From the NCBI RefSeq assembly GCF_006345805.1, contig NC_042997.1:78244001-78308000 (forward strand): 64,000 nt of DNA, written 5' to 3'. This stretch comes from Octopus sinensis. Lineage: Eukaryota. The translations under genes and the position numbers were made by a program. Shown piece by piece: positions 37,470-50,910 of this stretch. A model generated the notes under the pieces. It was given only the letters and a program-made list of their open reading frames with translations, made no database searches and was not told where the DNA came from. Every line of letters begins with the position of its first letter. Within the stretch, counting starts at the first letter, position 1.

Positions 37470-37940
37470 CGTCTGTTTCGATTTAAATACGAAGATCTAA
37501 ATTTTGGGTAACTCAGTGTATCATTATTGTGTGGTGTTTAGGTTGAACTGAACACCCAGAAGAGTTTGGGGGAGAACATTGTTTCTCATGCCCATAGACT
37601 GCATTTGAATTGGGGTATAGCTTAGTCCTCCAACAACTGGTGACCAAAACTTACATAATAAGAGCTCAAAATCAAGAAACTCCACAACATAAGATAAACA
37701 ACGTGTTTGAATAAAACGTTGCAGGCTGTTAAAAACTCATTAGCATTCATCGATATATAAAAGAAGTCAATGTTTCATTTTGATTTCGTTCATTGGAAAT
37801 TATGATAATCGAACATAATTAGATTTTGTTTTGTTATTCTTTCCTTCACTTTTTTTTATCAAATATTTATTTTCAACTTTGATATCAAACATTCAGATTT
37901 AAACAGTCGCGCGCAGACACACAGATAGACGCGCACACGG
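37470..37940. repeat. Diverged direct duplication, copy 1 (copy 2 at 39045-39535)
   Basis: Shared blocks CTGAACACCCAGAAGAGTT, GCTTAGTCCTCCAA, AAAACTCATTAGCATTCATCGATA at an offset of ~1.6 kb. Confidence 0.9.
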
Positions 37941-39044
37941 ACGTACATATGTATGTTTCTTAAAATTTGTGAAGTAAGTCCTTTGAGCTATTGTTTTAAC
38001 ATTGTGTTACAGACATTCCCCTGTACTCTCGACGCCAAAAATATAATGATGCAGTGACAGGTCTGTTGGAAAATTGCAACCCACAACGCTATGCTTAAAA
38101 TATTGAGTTATAAAGAAATAAGGTATATACATTCATTCCTCCTGTTGTTATTTGCCACATCTTCCTCACCGCTATATATTTCTGAAGCTAACTTTCCACA
38201 AATATTTCTCTTCTAATTCATAATACATGTGAGCTGGAATTTATTTCTAATGTAGTAAGTGCTTGAAGCTTGGAGGTTTAGAATTCAGCCGCCTATTTCC
38301 GAGTGCTTAACCTCTTCCCGGCTTCTTTTCTCTCTAGTGGTCTATACTGCGAAAGATAGTGAGTATTTTAACTCAGACTCTAAGACTGATGGGGAGAAAG
38401 GATACGTTATCTTCAGCTCGGAACACTGGTCTGAGTGCTTTTGACAAATGGAGTTTACTAAGGACAAAGAATATCCTGAAAAATCAGGTTACGTATTCCA
38501 TTCATGAACAGAAGTAGTCTGAAGGGCTTCCACACACACCGTTTCCATCTTGTTAATTGCATACACAAGGCTTTAGTTTCCTTGAGACTATGGTTTAAAT
38601 AGGTTTTAGCTTTCTGAGAATCTTCATAGTATGATGGAACCCGCAACCATAAGTTTTAGAATGACTCATATACACGCAGCAATGCATGCTGCTGCAGTAT
38701 ATAAAGGAACGTCTGTGTCAAGAAGAAATAATAAGGGCGTATTCAAGACTACTAACTCATTAGTATAAACAATACTCTGATAATTTGTGACTCAGCGAAT
38801 TCGATTATCTAACGTGCTACAGAAGCACCACTGAAGAATTCATTATCATACTACACTTGTAACGTTATTGTTATTACTGTTGTAGCTTCGTGGACGCATC
38901 CACTCATAAAAATATAACGCTAAATGCCACTACTTATACTGGGTATTTGAGAACGAAAAGTTGATGTTGTATCAGTAACTTCAGGCTTTTTGGCTGATTG
39001 CTTCATTATTGATATATCCCTGAAAAAAAAAAACAAGGCAGAAT

Positions 39045-39535
39045 TATCTTTCGTGCGTTGGTAAGTATTCCATATCCATTACAATTAAAACACGAAAAAC
39101 CGGTAATCTAAATTTGTTGTAACTCAGCGTTTCACTGCGTGGTGTTGAGATTGTGCTGAACACCCAGAAGAGTTGAGAGAGGAACACTTTCTACAGACTA
39201 TATATTGCATTTGAATGGGGATCAGCTTAGTCCTCCAAAACCTGGTAAACAAAACATAAATATAAGAATTCAAAATCAAGAAATTTCACAACATAAAATA
39301 AGCAATGTGTCAGAATAAAACGTTGCATGCTGGTGAAAACTCATTAGCATTCATCGATACATAAAAGAAGGCAATGATTTCGTTCATTGAAAATTAAGAT
39401 AATCGAGCAGATATTACGTTATCGGATGTTGTTTTATTATCATTCTTTCACATTTTTTTTTCATCTATCATAATATCAATTTTCAATTTCGATACCGAAC
39501 TTTCAGAAACACAAGCATACGACACGCATGCACCA
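39045..39535. repeat. Diverged direct duplication, copy 2
   Basis: See copy 1. Confidence 0.9.
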
Positions 39536-39782
39536 ATGTTTCTCAAAATTAGATATCATACATATCTGTGTGTGTGTGTGTATGTGTATGTTTGTGTGTG
39601 TGTGTGTGTGTGTATGTGTGTGTGTGTGTCGACGGCGGCAGTGGTGGCGGCGGCAACTCGTATCCGAGTAGTAGATGTGTAGGCTTTCTCTCTTTTTCTC
39701 TTTTTCAGTGTGCATGTATGTGTAAACACATACACAGACACACACACATGCACACACTTACACGCACACACTCATACACACA

Positions 39783-39843
<61 letters not shown>

Positions 39844-40033
39844 GTGCGTAGGTGTGTTGTGTGCGGTGTAGTGTATGTGTTTAAACATACAAACATATAG
39901 AAAATTTAGTACAGAAAGAGAAAGAAAGAGAAAGAAAGAGAGGAAGTGTAAGAGGAAAAATAAAAGTAGAAGATAGAGAAATGCATAGAGAACGAAATAT
40001 TTGATACGATTTGCAAAATAACGTTATCTCCTA

Positions 40034-40429
40034 CTAGCAGTATCGCCCGGCGTTGCTCGGGTTTGTAAGGGAAATAACTATATAAGTATTTTTAGTGAGT
40101 TATAGCAAAAAAATAGCAAAAAATGCATTAAAGATGGAATAAAAAATGATGGTAATTTTTTTTTTAATCGTTGACTCATCGTAGGCATTTTTAGAGAGTT
40201 ACTTCCCTTATATAATAGCGAAAAAAAAGCATTAAAATGGAAAAAATTATGGTAATTTTTTTTTAAATCGTAGACTCATCGTAGACGCGCGCTAATACCC
40301 AGAAGGGCTCGATATGAATCACGACTATAAGATACCCGGTTTTGGTTAAACTGCACCGCAAAATGTGGAAGTAGTTAGGAATCTAAATCGTAGGAGACAG
40401 ACACACAACTTCACTTTTATATATAAAGA
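40034..40429 (-). mobile_element. Non-autonomous Helitron, 396 bp (same family as 6269-6664)
   Basis: A^TC...hairpin...CTAG^T on the minus strand. Confidence 0.9.
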
Positions 40430-40945
40430 TTTGTGCAACAACTAAAACATTCGGTTGTGCAAATTGTTTGCACAGGAAACCTGCCCTGTGTGGCGGTTTT
40501 TGCCATTTTTGTGGATCTGTTTCAGCTTTTTTAGCGATTTCTGTTTTGGCGACTTCAAGCCATGAAGTCGTTGTTCTAAAAGAACGCTGGTCTCCTTGAC
40601 AACGCTTTACGACGTTGATTTCCTTACACTCCCTTCCCCACAGCTTCACGAGGGAGGGAAGAAGGGGGAGAAGCAACATAGGTGCAGCTGTGAGCGTGGA
40701 CGCCAACTCCGCCGCCATCGACACACGAAAAAATATGCATTAAAATGGAATAAAAAATGATGTTAAATTATTTTTAAAATCGTAGACCCATCGTAGACGC
40801 GCGCTAATACCCAGACGGGCTCGATATGAATCACGACTATAAGATACCAGAATTTGGTTAAACTGCACCGCAAAATGTGGGAGTAGTTAGAAATCTAAAT
40901 CGAAGGGGACAGACACTCACACAACTACAGTTTTATATATAAAGA
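40430..40945 (-). mobile_element. Second Helitron 5' half plus ~300 bp of unrelated GC-richer sequence, in tandem with the full copy
   Basis: 40735-40945 repeats the 5' part of the family with an A^TC start; no own hairpin or CTAG. Confidence 0.75.
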
Positions 40946-41149
40946 TTTGTGTGACCATGACAAAGATTATTTTTTAAAAAGAATTGAAATGTTTAGTGCG
41001 ATATATTTAATTTACTCGAAATAAGAATTTACCCATGTGTAAATACCAGTAAGCGTGAAAATATATGCTAGCGTGTGAATAATATACGAGCAGATATACA
41101 CATATAATTGCACACATGTATGCATGTATGTATGTATGCATGTATGCAT

Positions 41150-43040
41150 GTTATTATTCAGTTTATTTCAAGATTTTTTGCCAATAGAGGAAGAACCGGT
41201 TTTTAACCTAGATTCAAGGCTCCTTCATTGGAATTTCGACATCAACAACAGGGTATTCTTGTTTGGTTGTTTGTATGTATGTATGTATGTATGTATGTAT
41301 GTATGTATGTATGTATGTATGAATGTATGTATGTATGAATGTATGTATGTATGTATGTATGTTTGTATGTATGTATGTATGTATGTATGTATGTATACAT
41401 GTGCAGATTTGTATGTTTTATGTATGTATTCTCATACATATAGTTGCATATCTAGAGATGCTCATATATATTTAAATGTTAAACTTCTGGAAAGTTTTAC
41501 AGATTTTTATAGTTCCAGTGATGGATTGGATCTGTAGTCTTCGAATTAGCTTTCTCCTTTCTGATCCCGAGAAGCCCAATTTCTCAAGATTTGTATTTAG
41601 GTAGTGTGTTATATATCCCAGGGCCCCAGTAAATATAAGTATGAACCTGACCTTGTAATCCGGATAGAATAACTGCAAATTTCTCAATAGTTCAGCCTAG
41701 GTGTTCTCTTTTTCACTGATCTTCAGCTTTATGTTAACATCCACTGGGCAGCTAATTTCCACAACTGTGCACAGTTTATCTTCTCTATCTCAAATCATTA
41801 TATCAGGTCTGTTATGCTTACATTTTATTGAGGCCTTCACTGGTACATTCCACTAGTATTCCTTTTTATTATGAGTAGCTATGGCTTCTACCATATTGTG
41901 GGTTCTTCTTTCTTCGTCCTCGTGATTATCCTTCCGACGGATCTCATTATAGAGCGTCCTAGCTACAACCTCATGTCTCATTGGTAAATAATACCGTGAT
42001 GACGTTTTCGGACAACCGCTTATGATGTGGGTGATATCTTCAGTGTGAACTCCACAAAATCTGCATCGGTTGTCACACTGTACGACTTTACCTGCATCCC
42101 TATTCCCTTTGTGCATCAGGTACTTGGTTGGCATTTCCTGTTCCTTGATTGCAAACGTATACCCTTCAAAGTGGGAGGAAGAAATCCGGCTATGATAAAC
42201 TGCTTTGATGATCGGTGTTACTATCATCATGGAGCTTTCTAGTAACAAATCCATGCATAGTGTTATGCTCATATAGGCTCATCCTTTCATCTGATAATAC
42301 GTTGCAGTAGAGATGTGCGACTTCTTTGGCCATGTATTCTAGGTTATCGAAGAGTGTTGCTCAAGAGTGTTGCCTTCCAAGTTTTATGATGTTATGAGCC
42401 TCATGTATGCAAACTTGGTCAAGGGATGCACTTCGACACTTGGTGATTAGAAGATGTTGCCAAAGGGATATGATGCGACATTCAAAGGCATTTTGGATCG
42501 ATGTTGAGCCACTTTCGCCTTGTTTTCGTTTTAGGTAGAGGCGGTCTACATCACTGTTTATGTGGAAATTATGTGTGCTTGTTAGTATTCTTCGTATTTT
42601 CACATCAATGGCCCGGATCTCATCAAGCGTCCAATCAAGCAACTCAAATGTCGGTATGAGTACGAGCACTGCAAATACATTGTGGGCTACTGTTTTATTG
42701 AGATTCTGAGGTCCAAATTTTCTTTATTCGGCTGTAATATTCTTTAGTGACACGTGTTTTGTTACAGGTGCCACTGTAAGATACATTTTCACCCACCCCT
42801 AGATACCTGTAACATTTCTCGTCAGATATAGGGGAAACAATCAAATCATTAAGGGAGATATTACTAGTCTGGTTTATAGTTTTCCCCCTTTTCACAGGCA
42901 TATAACAACATTTATCCTGACCAAAAACCAATCCTACATCCTTTGAGAATGTTGTAACTAGATCAAGGCTCTTTGTCATCTCATGCATATTCTTTGCATA
43001 AAGTTTTAAGTCATCCACAAAGAAACAGTGTGTAATTTTG
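41150..43040 (-). mobile_element. 5'-truncated R4/Dong-clade (RLE) non-LTR retrotransposon in (CATA)n
   Basis: THCFFVDDLKLYA, YRYLGV, DRLYLKRKQG, CRFCGVHTEDITHIISGC, RH, NRPDI...VEISCP, FTGALG; stops and frameshifts; CATA-type arrays at both ends. Confidence 0.88.
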
Positions 43041-43103
43041 GTGTATGTATGGTATGTATGTATGTATTTATGCATGTGTATACATATGTGTCCACGTATG
43101 TTT

Positions 43104-43165
43104 GCGTGGCTGAGTGGAAAGGAGCTTGCTTCTCAACCTCATGGTTCCGGGTTCAGTAGCACTGC
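43104..43165 (+). mobile_element. SINE family B head fragment
   Basis: GCGTGGCTGAGTGG...GGTTCCGGGTTCAG. Confidence 0.6.
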
Positions 43166-43189
43166 CAATAAGAGCGTTTATGGTGCACT

Positions 43190-44040
43190 GGACGAACGGA
43201 AGAGTTAAATAGCTCGGGATTTGGTTTGGTTCAGAACTCCAAGTGAAAAAAAAGTGCAATGAGGTGGCATGCAGAAAGGCCAATCTTAACCAGAAATGAG
43301 TAGTTGTGGCGAACGCTTACATTGCACCCGTCATATACAACTACCTGACCGTCGTACTTTGCCCTAGTGCACGGCTCAGCGGACTCGAGCGCCTGCTCTT
43401 CAACTTTCTGTAGAAGCTTTCCTTTGGTTAGGTGTTCCATTATTTGTCAACAACCGCTAGGTAGACTGAGCATGCTGTAGTTGATGATGTGCAGATATGC
43501 GTTTGGGCCGTGACATTCTCAGTGTTTTTTTGATGGTGGTCGACATTTGCCATTCGTTTTTCCACAGATTGTCTCTTTGACAGAGCTGTAGTTCTGGATC
43601 AAGCGTAGATTGAGGCAGAGTACTTAGCATCAAGATGTCATTGGGCGTTCTCAACCCTCTGCCAGTCGAGCAATGCTGTTGGTGGAAGTTTCACTTTAGC
43701 ACTCTATAGAGGATTAGTGGCAGACAAGAGAGATATCGTTCTCGGGAGATTCTGGGCATCGACAAAATCAAGTGGCTCGAGTGTTAAGAACACCCAGGAA
43801 ATTTCTAGGAACTTCTGATCTGGCATTGCTTCTGGGGAGCATTGCCGGTTCGAGAGGAACTCTATAGGGATAGAAATGCACAACAGCAGCAGCCACACCA
43901 ATAACGTAAGGACATGAACACGGAAATAAATTGGAGTAACGGAGGACCCCTTTAAGCGATGACAAAATAACCAAAGTTTCTCCTTTAGGCTTCCTGAGAG
44001 TCGCAACTTTACGTCTTTGACCAATTACATATGGCATTTA
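43190..44040 (-). pseudogene. Probable degraded Gypsy-type LTR retrotransposon pol remnant
   Basis: Weak motif echoes LSSLKGVLRYSNLFP, VVHFYP, MLSTLP...TLDPELQ...NEW, V.VYDG...RH; no LTRs seen. Confidence 0.4.
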
Positions 44041-45236
44041 AAGAAGAGGAAGTCTCAGAGGAGGTTGCACTTCGAAGAATTTCGTTTCAGGTTTTTTTTT
44101 CACAACCCTGGCTGACAAGGGCTGTATTCTTACCTCCATTAATAAAGGGGTGATGTGCCTCTGGCCAGCAGGTTCGCTGACTCGCCGATATTGTTAAGGG
44201 CATAACAGGCACGAAATTAATGGTAACATTCTGACCGGCCATAACCAACGACTACATTTAAAATGTATATATGTATGTATGTGTGTGTGTTTGTGTTCGC
44301 GCGTGTCTGTGTGTGTTTGTATATGCATATATGTATGCATATGTATGCATGTATGTATGTATATATTGCTTATATCTGTATATTGCCAAAAATAAACATA
44401 TGCTTTGCAGCTTTCAACAATAACAGCTTTGTATAATCTTATCTTTATTGCCGTTATTTTACATCAGTCGTGTCAGATGTTGTTTGTAAGAGCAGATTTA
44501 CAAAGAGTATTACACTTTACAGCCGTTCTATTACTGACTTAGTTATCTGGAAATTAACACAGTTTTATAAGTAGCCTGCTATTTTTGCGTTGAGAAGTAT
44601 TCATCTAAAACAAACTGCATAAAATATGTGTCAGATTTTTCAAATATACAAAGGGTGATTAAAGAATTTATCTTATATAAAAAGAAACCTTTTGGGGTCG
44701 ATAAAATAAGTACCATTTAAGCATTGGTGATCTACTGCGTAGACTAATCCACTCTCCTCGCAACTGTCTTAATCAGAAACCATTATTTAACACTGATATA
44801 TGGTGCCTGAGTGAGACAAATTCCGCGGAAAATCTCACAAGCTAAAAGTATTGAACTTTTAGTTCTTTATTGCTTGAGGCTATTATAATTTTTACCTAGT
44901 TTGTTTTATTCGTTTTATAAAATCTGGACACAAGGAATATTGCAAATACATCAAACTTTAACATAAGACAATATTTTGTAAGGCAAGATGGATAGTTTAA
45001 TGATTTGTCCGGATTAAATAACAAATTTATATTTCAATAGAGGACTGAGGACAAAGAGAAAAAATAATTGTGGTTGTTTCGCACCAAATCAACACTCATA
45101 GAAAATATTTATGATCAACGACTTTCTTTTTCTTTTTTAATATTTCTAACAGGTCGAACGGCCGCATATGTATTCCTCCGTTGGCTCGAGACAACAAATT
45201 CTGCCAGCCCGTCACCCTAACAACAAATAAAATATT

Positions 45237-45443
45237 AGTTTCAACTTTTGGCACAAGGTCAATAATTTCGGGAAAGGAGATAATTCGATTACATCGATTT
45301 CAGTATTTAACTGCTACTTTATTGACCTCGAAGGATGAAAAGCAAAGTTGACGCGGCGGAATTTGAACTCAGAACGTGAAGACGGACGAAATGCCGTTAA
45401 GAATTTTTCCCGGCGTGCTAACGATTCTGCCAGTTCTCTGCCT
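45237..45443 (-). mobile_element. SINE family C, full copy
   Basis: Homologous to 13509-13720; box B GAGTTCAAATTCC. Confidence 0.85.
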
Positions 45444-46630
45444 TACAACCAATAAAATTTAGAGGAACTCTTCGACGTTTACACTGAATTCACTGTCCTA
45501 TTTAAAGGTAAATAAGAGAATGAAAATACATTAGTAAAACAAACGCTTACAACATGTACTTAAACATTCTTATCTAAATAACAAGATGAAACAGAGATGT
45601 AGGAGTAGGTATGCGAAATTATTGACACGAAGCCATATAACTTGAGAATTAAGTCTACATGAGTAATTAAAGTATATAGCCTTGGTTTCAGGGTAACTTG
45701 TACGTTAGTAAATTGCACACAGTAAAATGATACACCCACATCAAATGCTTAGCAATCATTGTTCATTGTTTTCTTGTTTTTCTTCTGGATGGGTGTTTAA
45801 AAATGATGGTGATTGGCTAATGTAATATCCAATCAATTGTTATAGTAAGGTCGTTTGTCACAGGTGAGGAACTTTTCTCCCCTGGAACATTGATTAATAA
45901 AAATTCCAGTTAACTACTAACCCCACCTCGAGTAGAAAATATCAGTTATGTAACCTTAAAAAAGGTGCGAGAGATATGCAGTTGCTCTGCTTGTTGGGTG
46001 GCTGCATAATTTGAAGCGAGAAATGGTTACACCTACAGGGTACGCAAAAACTTAATTCTAACATATTTGCTGTTAACCTTAGCATAGGACTGTGCCACAA
46101 CTAACATGACAGAATATTTGTACGCATTCTCATGCATAAACATCTAATATCTCACCAGGCTTTCATATACCTCCTCCTCCTCCTCCTCCTCCTCATCATC
46201 ATCATCATCATCATCATCATTACCAGTTTCGTTTATGCAGCAATCATTATCAGCAACAGTGATATTCCTTGTAACGAGAGTAGTAGTGATTGTAGTAGTA
46301 TTGTTGTTGACGGCTACTGTGGTGGAAATAGTTGTAGATAGTTCTAGAAAACAGAAGTAGTAGTACCACTACTAGTAGTATCAATATCAGTAACAACAGG
46401 ATTTTTTTCTTTACTTATTTTTCTGCTTAGGGGATAATGTCTGAATTCAGGGCTGTTAAAGATCTCTTCGATGAAAATAGTGATTTCAAAGATGGATATT
46501 GAATTTCAAATTCTTTGGTTTTCAGCCAACTTTGCTCAAACTAATCAACATTGTCCCAACGATATTTCTAATAATTCACTTTCAACATCAAACGCACAGC
46601 AAGGCGTTCCATAGCGCTAAAAGATTATAT

Positions 46631-46974
46631 CTTTTCTTTTACTTGTTTCAGTCATTAGACTGCAGCCACGCTGGGGCACCACCTTCGAGAATTTTTTAGC
46701 TGAATGAATCGAACCCAGTACTTACTTATTTTTAGCCGGGTACTTATTTTATCTGTCTTTTTCCGAGTCACTACGCTACGGGGACGTAAACATCACCATC
46801 GGCTGTCAAACGGTGGTGGGTGTACAAACACAGACACAAAGACACACACTCACACACACACACACACACACACACGCATACACTCGCGCACGCGCACGCA
46901 TACGCACACACACACACGCATACACACGCACACGTGCACGCATACGCACACACACACACACACACATATATACA

Positions 46975-47007
<33 letters not shown>

Positions 47008-47565
47008 GTACATACCTACATATATGTATATATACATGCATATGTGTATAGGACATCAAAAAACGTAGACAAAATGAGAAACGAGAACAAAAAACAAAAG
47101 CATAGAAAACGAACATTTTTCGAACAATGAAAAAACCCAGAGAAACGAGATATGCAACATAAAGAACATTCCCTCCATCAGTCGTCCCCTGTTTTATCTG
47201 CTCACCGTTTGTTTTTACTATTTTGTTCTCACCGTCCTGTTTTTGTTACCACTTTCATCCTCCGCAATAAATCCCAAATTATATTTAATTTGCTTTGCGG
47301 GAAGGACTGTTTTAACGAAGACGCATCTTGTCCTTACCTTCAAAACGTGAAGTACATATGCATGTATTTATATATTATTTATATTATTATATGATCGAAC
47401 GCCACGCATAGTTTTCCAAGTAAGTTTTATCTATGTATATGTATACGACGGACTTCCTTCAATTTCTGTCGACCAAATCCATTTACAAGGCTTTGGTCGG
47501 CCCGAGGCTATAGTTGGAGACATTGAACCCGGAAGGCAAGCTTCTTACATCACACCCGTACCTGC
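46631..47565 (-). mobile_element. SINE family B split by its internal microsatellite and a ~350-bp insert
   Basis: Tail at 46631-46830 and head at 47440-47565 match the 11.4 kb copy in the same orientation. Confidence 0.7.
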
Positions 47566-49439
47566 GCGTATATATAGTTAGAAATTAAAAACAATAACAT
47601 TAAAAACTGATATCTAATTGTTTACATCCTGCAGAAAACACTGTATACAAACTATATTGTTGCCTTTCTGAGTGTGATAAAGTACAAGCAACATTACTAA
47701 ATGATTCTGGTGTTGATACTCAATTGTTTTTCCGTTTTAACATTAAGTTTAGAACTATTAGAATAGACAAGCAAATTTTATTCTAATACATACTCCAGTA
47801 GAATGAACCAGTGGTTACAATTTTTTAAAAATCTTGTTTGGAGTATTCGGTTAGTGTTTTGTTGTGAATTTTCTGTTGATGTCTGTCTCGAAACCCTTCT
47901 CTGCTATCGAGGTTGTGCTCTGAACTCTGCTCAGAGGAAACTTCCCAATAACCATAGGTTTCACCTGAATTTCAGTAACAATGATTTTTCACTTACACAC
48001 TCTCTCCTTACAGCTGCAATCAATACTGCGATCTGTAGTGCTCAATAAATAGCAATTTATATGAACCATTGTTTGTTGCTCTCTTTGCTGTTGTCTTCTT
48101 TATCTATTTCTTAGCCTTTTCAGCGTCTCTGAGAAAAAATTCCTCAGTAGCTCTTGCTGTCATGCATGTAATAACAACAAGAGTTTCTGCTCGCATTACA
48201 AATCTTATCACCTTTCTCTCTGTGCTTTCAATGGAGTAATACTTTGAGAATTTTTCTGAGGTTTTCGAAATTTATCACTACTTGCAAGTGCATGCATATC
48301 CCGTTCCACCACATGTCATTTCAGGTAATTTCCCCACTGCCCCTATTGTGTACAAAAAGGGCTACGTATCAAAGCCCAAGGTATTTATACCAAAGTCCCT
48401 TGCTTGTAACCATTGTGTTATGCCGTCCTCATGTATTTAGTTCAAATGATTTGGAGGAATATTAGGAACTAAATTGGCCTTCTTTTCAGTTTTGAAGATC
48501 AGGCACATTATGTCGCATGCCCTATTCCCGTCAATGGATAATGCATAGTATAGGGGTTCTTTTAACCGTTCTTTTGAAGGTGTAACAAAATCTTCTTCCC
48601 TCTTCCCTTTTGGACAAATTATTCATGCAAAAAGGCTAATCATTTTCTCATTACTGAACTTAACTCATGTTCAGACTATTACTTCCACTTCTAATGCTAG
48701 CAAAAAGATTTGTTATTATTGTCTATCTTAATATCGTAGAAGTTTGTTGTTATTTCTAGTATGTCGTGACGTGAAAATTTGTGCTTTCAAGTATCATAGC
48801 AGATTGTGACAACCTATTTAATTTTTTTTTAAACAAAACTATTTTCGTGTATTCGAGGAGCATTATTGGTACGTTTCCTTGGGCATGGTGTACCCAGTAC
48901 TACTTTATAATTATTATTGTTCCTGGGGTTGAAATTAAGATTTAAAAAATGTGAACTACAGATCTTTTTTTTTTTTTTTTCAAAAATAAAACTGTCTATT
49001 CCAGATATTAAGATACATGTGTTATTCCGAGATTATTTTTGCAGGAAGCAAAATCCAATTTTCTCGGACATTGGTTTCCTCATGTTTACTTCCATAATAA
49101 TTGTTTCTAATAATGTTTACTTCCATAATAATAATTGTTTCATTGAGGTGATTTATATCCCTGCACAGTGACATCTCGGCCTTCTGCATTCAACAGCTAC
49201 TTGAATCTTTGTACCATATGAAAGGCTTATGAAGTCCGGGATATCCTCTACGTTCTGTTAATCCGCCTGTATTAATAACTGCATACCCTGTCCTAACCAG
49301 TTTTGCTTCGGTATATTTTTTTTTCTATATAGAGAATAGTAATTTTCTCTTCTCTGTCTAAGAGAACTGCTGGTAACAACAAGCAGATGTTGTTTTCTGG
49401 TCGACTATTTAATATTCTTATTTTTGAACATCCTTTGGC

Positions 49440-49923
49440 CAAGGTAAATGGGGTGACCAAATCCCAGAAGAAGTTACTCAGAATGAGGACTGCAAAATCT
49501 TGTGGGAGGCAATGATTCAGTGTGACCATCAGATTGGAAATCTGACATTGTTGTGAAAGAAAACAAAAGACATACCTGATAATCAACATTAGCATGTCCT
49601 TGTAACCACAGGATCGAAGAGAAATAAAAAATATAACTGAACAACTATTATGAACTGAAGCGGAAAATACACAGGCTGTGGGCAATGAAGAAAGTGAACG
49701 TGATACTAATAGTGATTGGCAAGTTTGGAAGTATTATTAGTACTCAACTACCAACGTGGTTCAAAAAAAGATTGGTACAAATCTGAATATAGAACACCTA
49801 CAAAAATAATCATTGTTTCGAATTGCAAGAGTTCTCCGCATGGTCCTTGGAGCATGATCAGTAAACATGTATCCTCTTAGTTTGTTGACGGTTGGCAGCA
49901 TTCACTTATCATCATTGCCGGCG

Positions 49924-49924
<1 letters not shown>
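49440..49924 (+). mobile_element. R4/Dong-clade 3' fragment ending in (TAA)n
   Basis: ENEDCKILWE-like, SDIVV, ELKRKIHRLW, VIGKFG RLE motifs, followed directly by the TAA array. Confidence 0.75.

Positions 49925-50000
<76 letters not shown>
49925..50000. repeat. (TAA)n, about 25 units
   Basis: Direct reading. Confidence 0.97.
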
Positions 50001-50002
<2 letters not shown>

Positions 50003-50910
50003 TGATACAAAATTATCTAACTCAGAACCAAGGAAAACTGGTACAAATAGCCACAAAGCATGAACAAAACAAAAAAACAACAACTGTTTTTTGTCATCAA
50101 GGAAGCCGAGAAATAGAAGAAAGAGGTCATAGTCCCTGAAAATTATGAAGGAAAATAATGAAACACGAAAGCTATAAAGCAACTGAAATCCAAACTTAAC
50201 TGAAACAAGAAAATACCAGGATAAAACGATGGCAAGAAAAGTCCTTGCATGGCAAATACTGGGATAAGCTAAATAGAAAAGAAACAGACAAAGTGAAATT
50301 CCAACAATGATTGAGAAGTTCAAGATTCAAAGCAGAGATTGAGGATCTTTTATTGTGGCACAAGATCAAAGTCTCTCCCAAAATACATAATTGAGAAAAA
50401 TATAATAAATAACTGCAGAATATGAGGTGATGGAGAAGAAACAATAAATGATATTCTCTCTGACTTCCCTGATTAAGAAAGAATATATCCGCAGACATGA
50501 CAGAGTTGGGACGTATATACACTGGAAGCTATGTTAGCACTATGGACTGACAAGAGAAAAAGATGGTATAGGAATATCGCAGAAAATGACGAAGCAACCA
50601 TACTCCGAGATATGTCAATACACACAGATAAAGAGATCGAGATTAATAGAGCGGATATAGTTGTTAGAGACCATTAAAAAATGCCTTCTAATAGATGTAT
50701 CAATCCCAACAGATCACAATGTATCTCTAAAAGAAACAGAGTAACTCTCGAACTACAAAGATCTGGAAATAGAGATAACCCGAATGAGAAGCCTAAAAAC
50801 AGAAACAATACCTCTAATAATGGGTGCATTAGGTATGGTTAAAAACATACAGACAAATACATGATCAAAACACCAGGTCTTATGAATGTATATATCATAC
50901 AGAAAATTGT
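50003..50910 (+). mobile_element. Second R4/Dong-clade fragment (CCHC + RLE)
   Basis: WQEKSLHGKY, VAQDQSL, CRI, YIRRHDRVG.YIHWKLC, IHTDKEI..NRADIVV, LIDVSIP, YKDLEIEI, PLIMGALG. Confidence 0.85.

Noticed and set aside
47750-48480. Coding-like minus-strand stretch, possibly a decayed transposase
   Set aside because: Family not recognisable; multiple stops.
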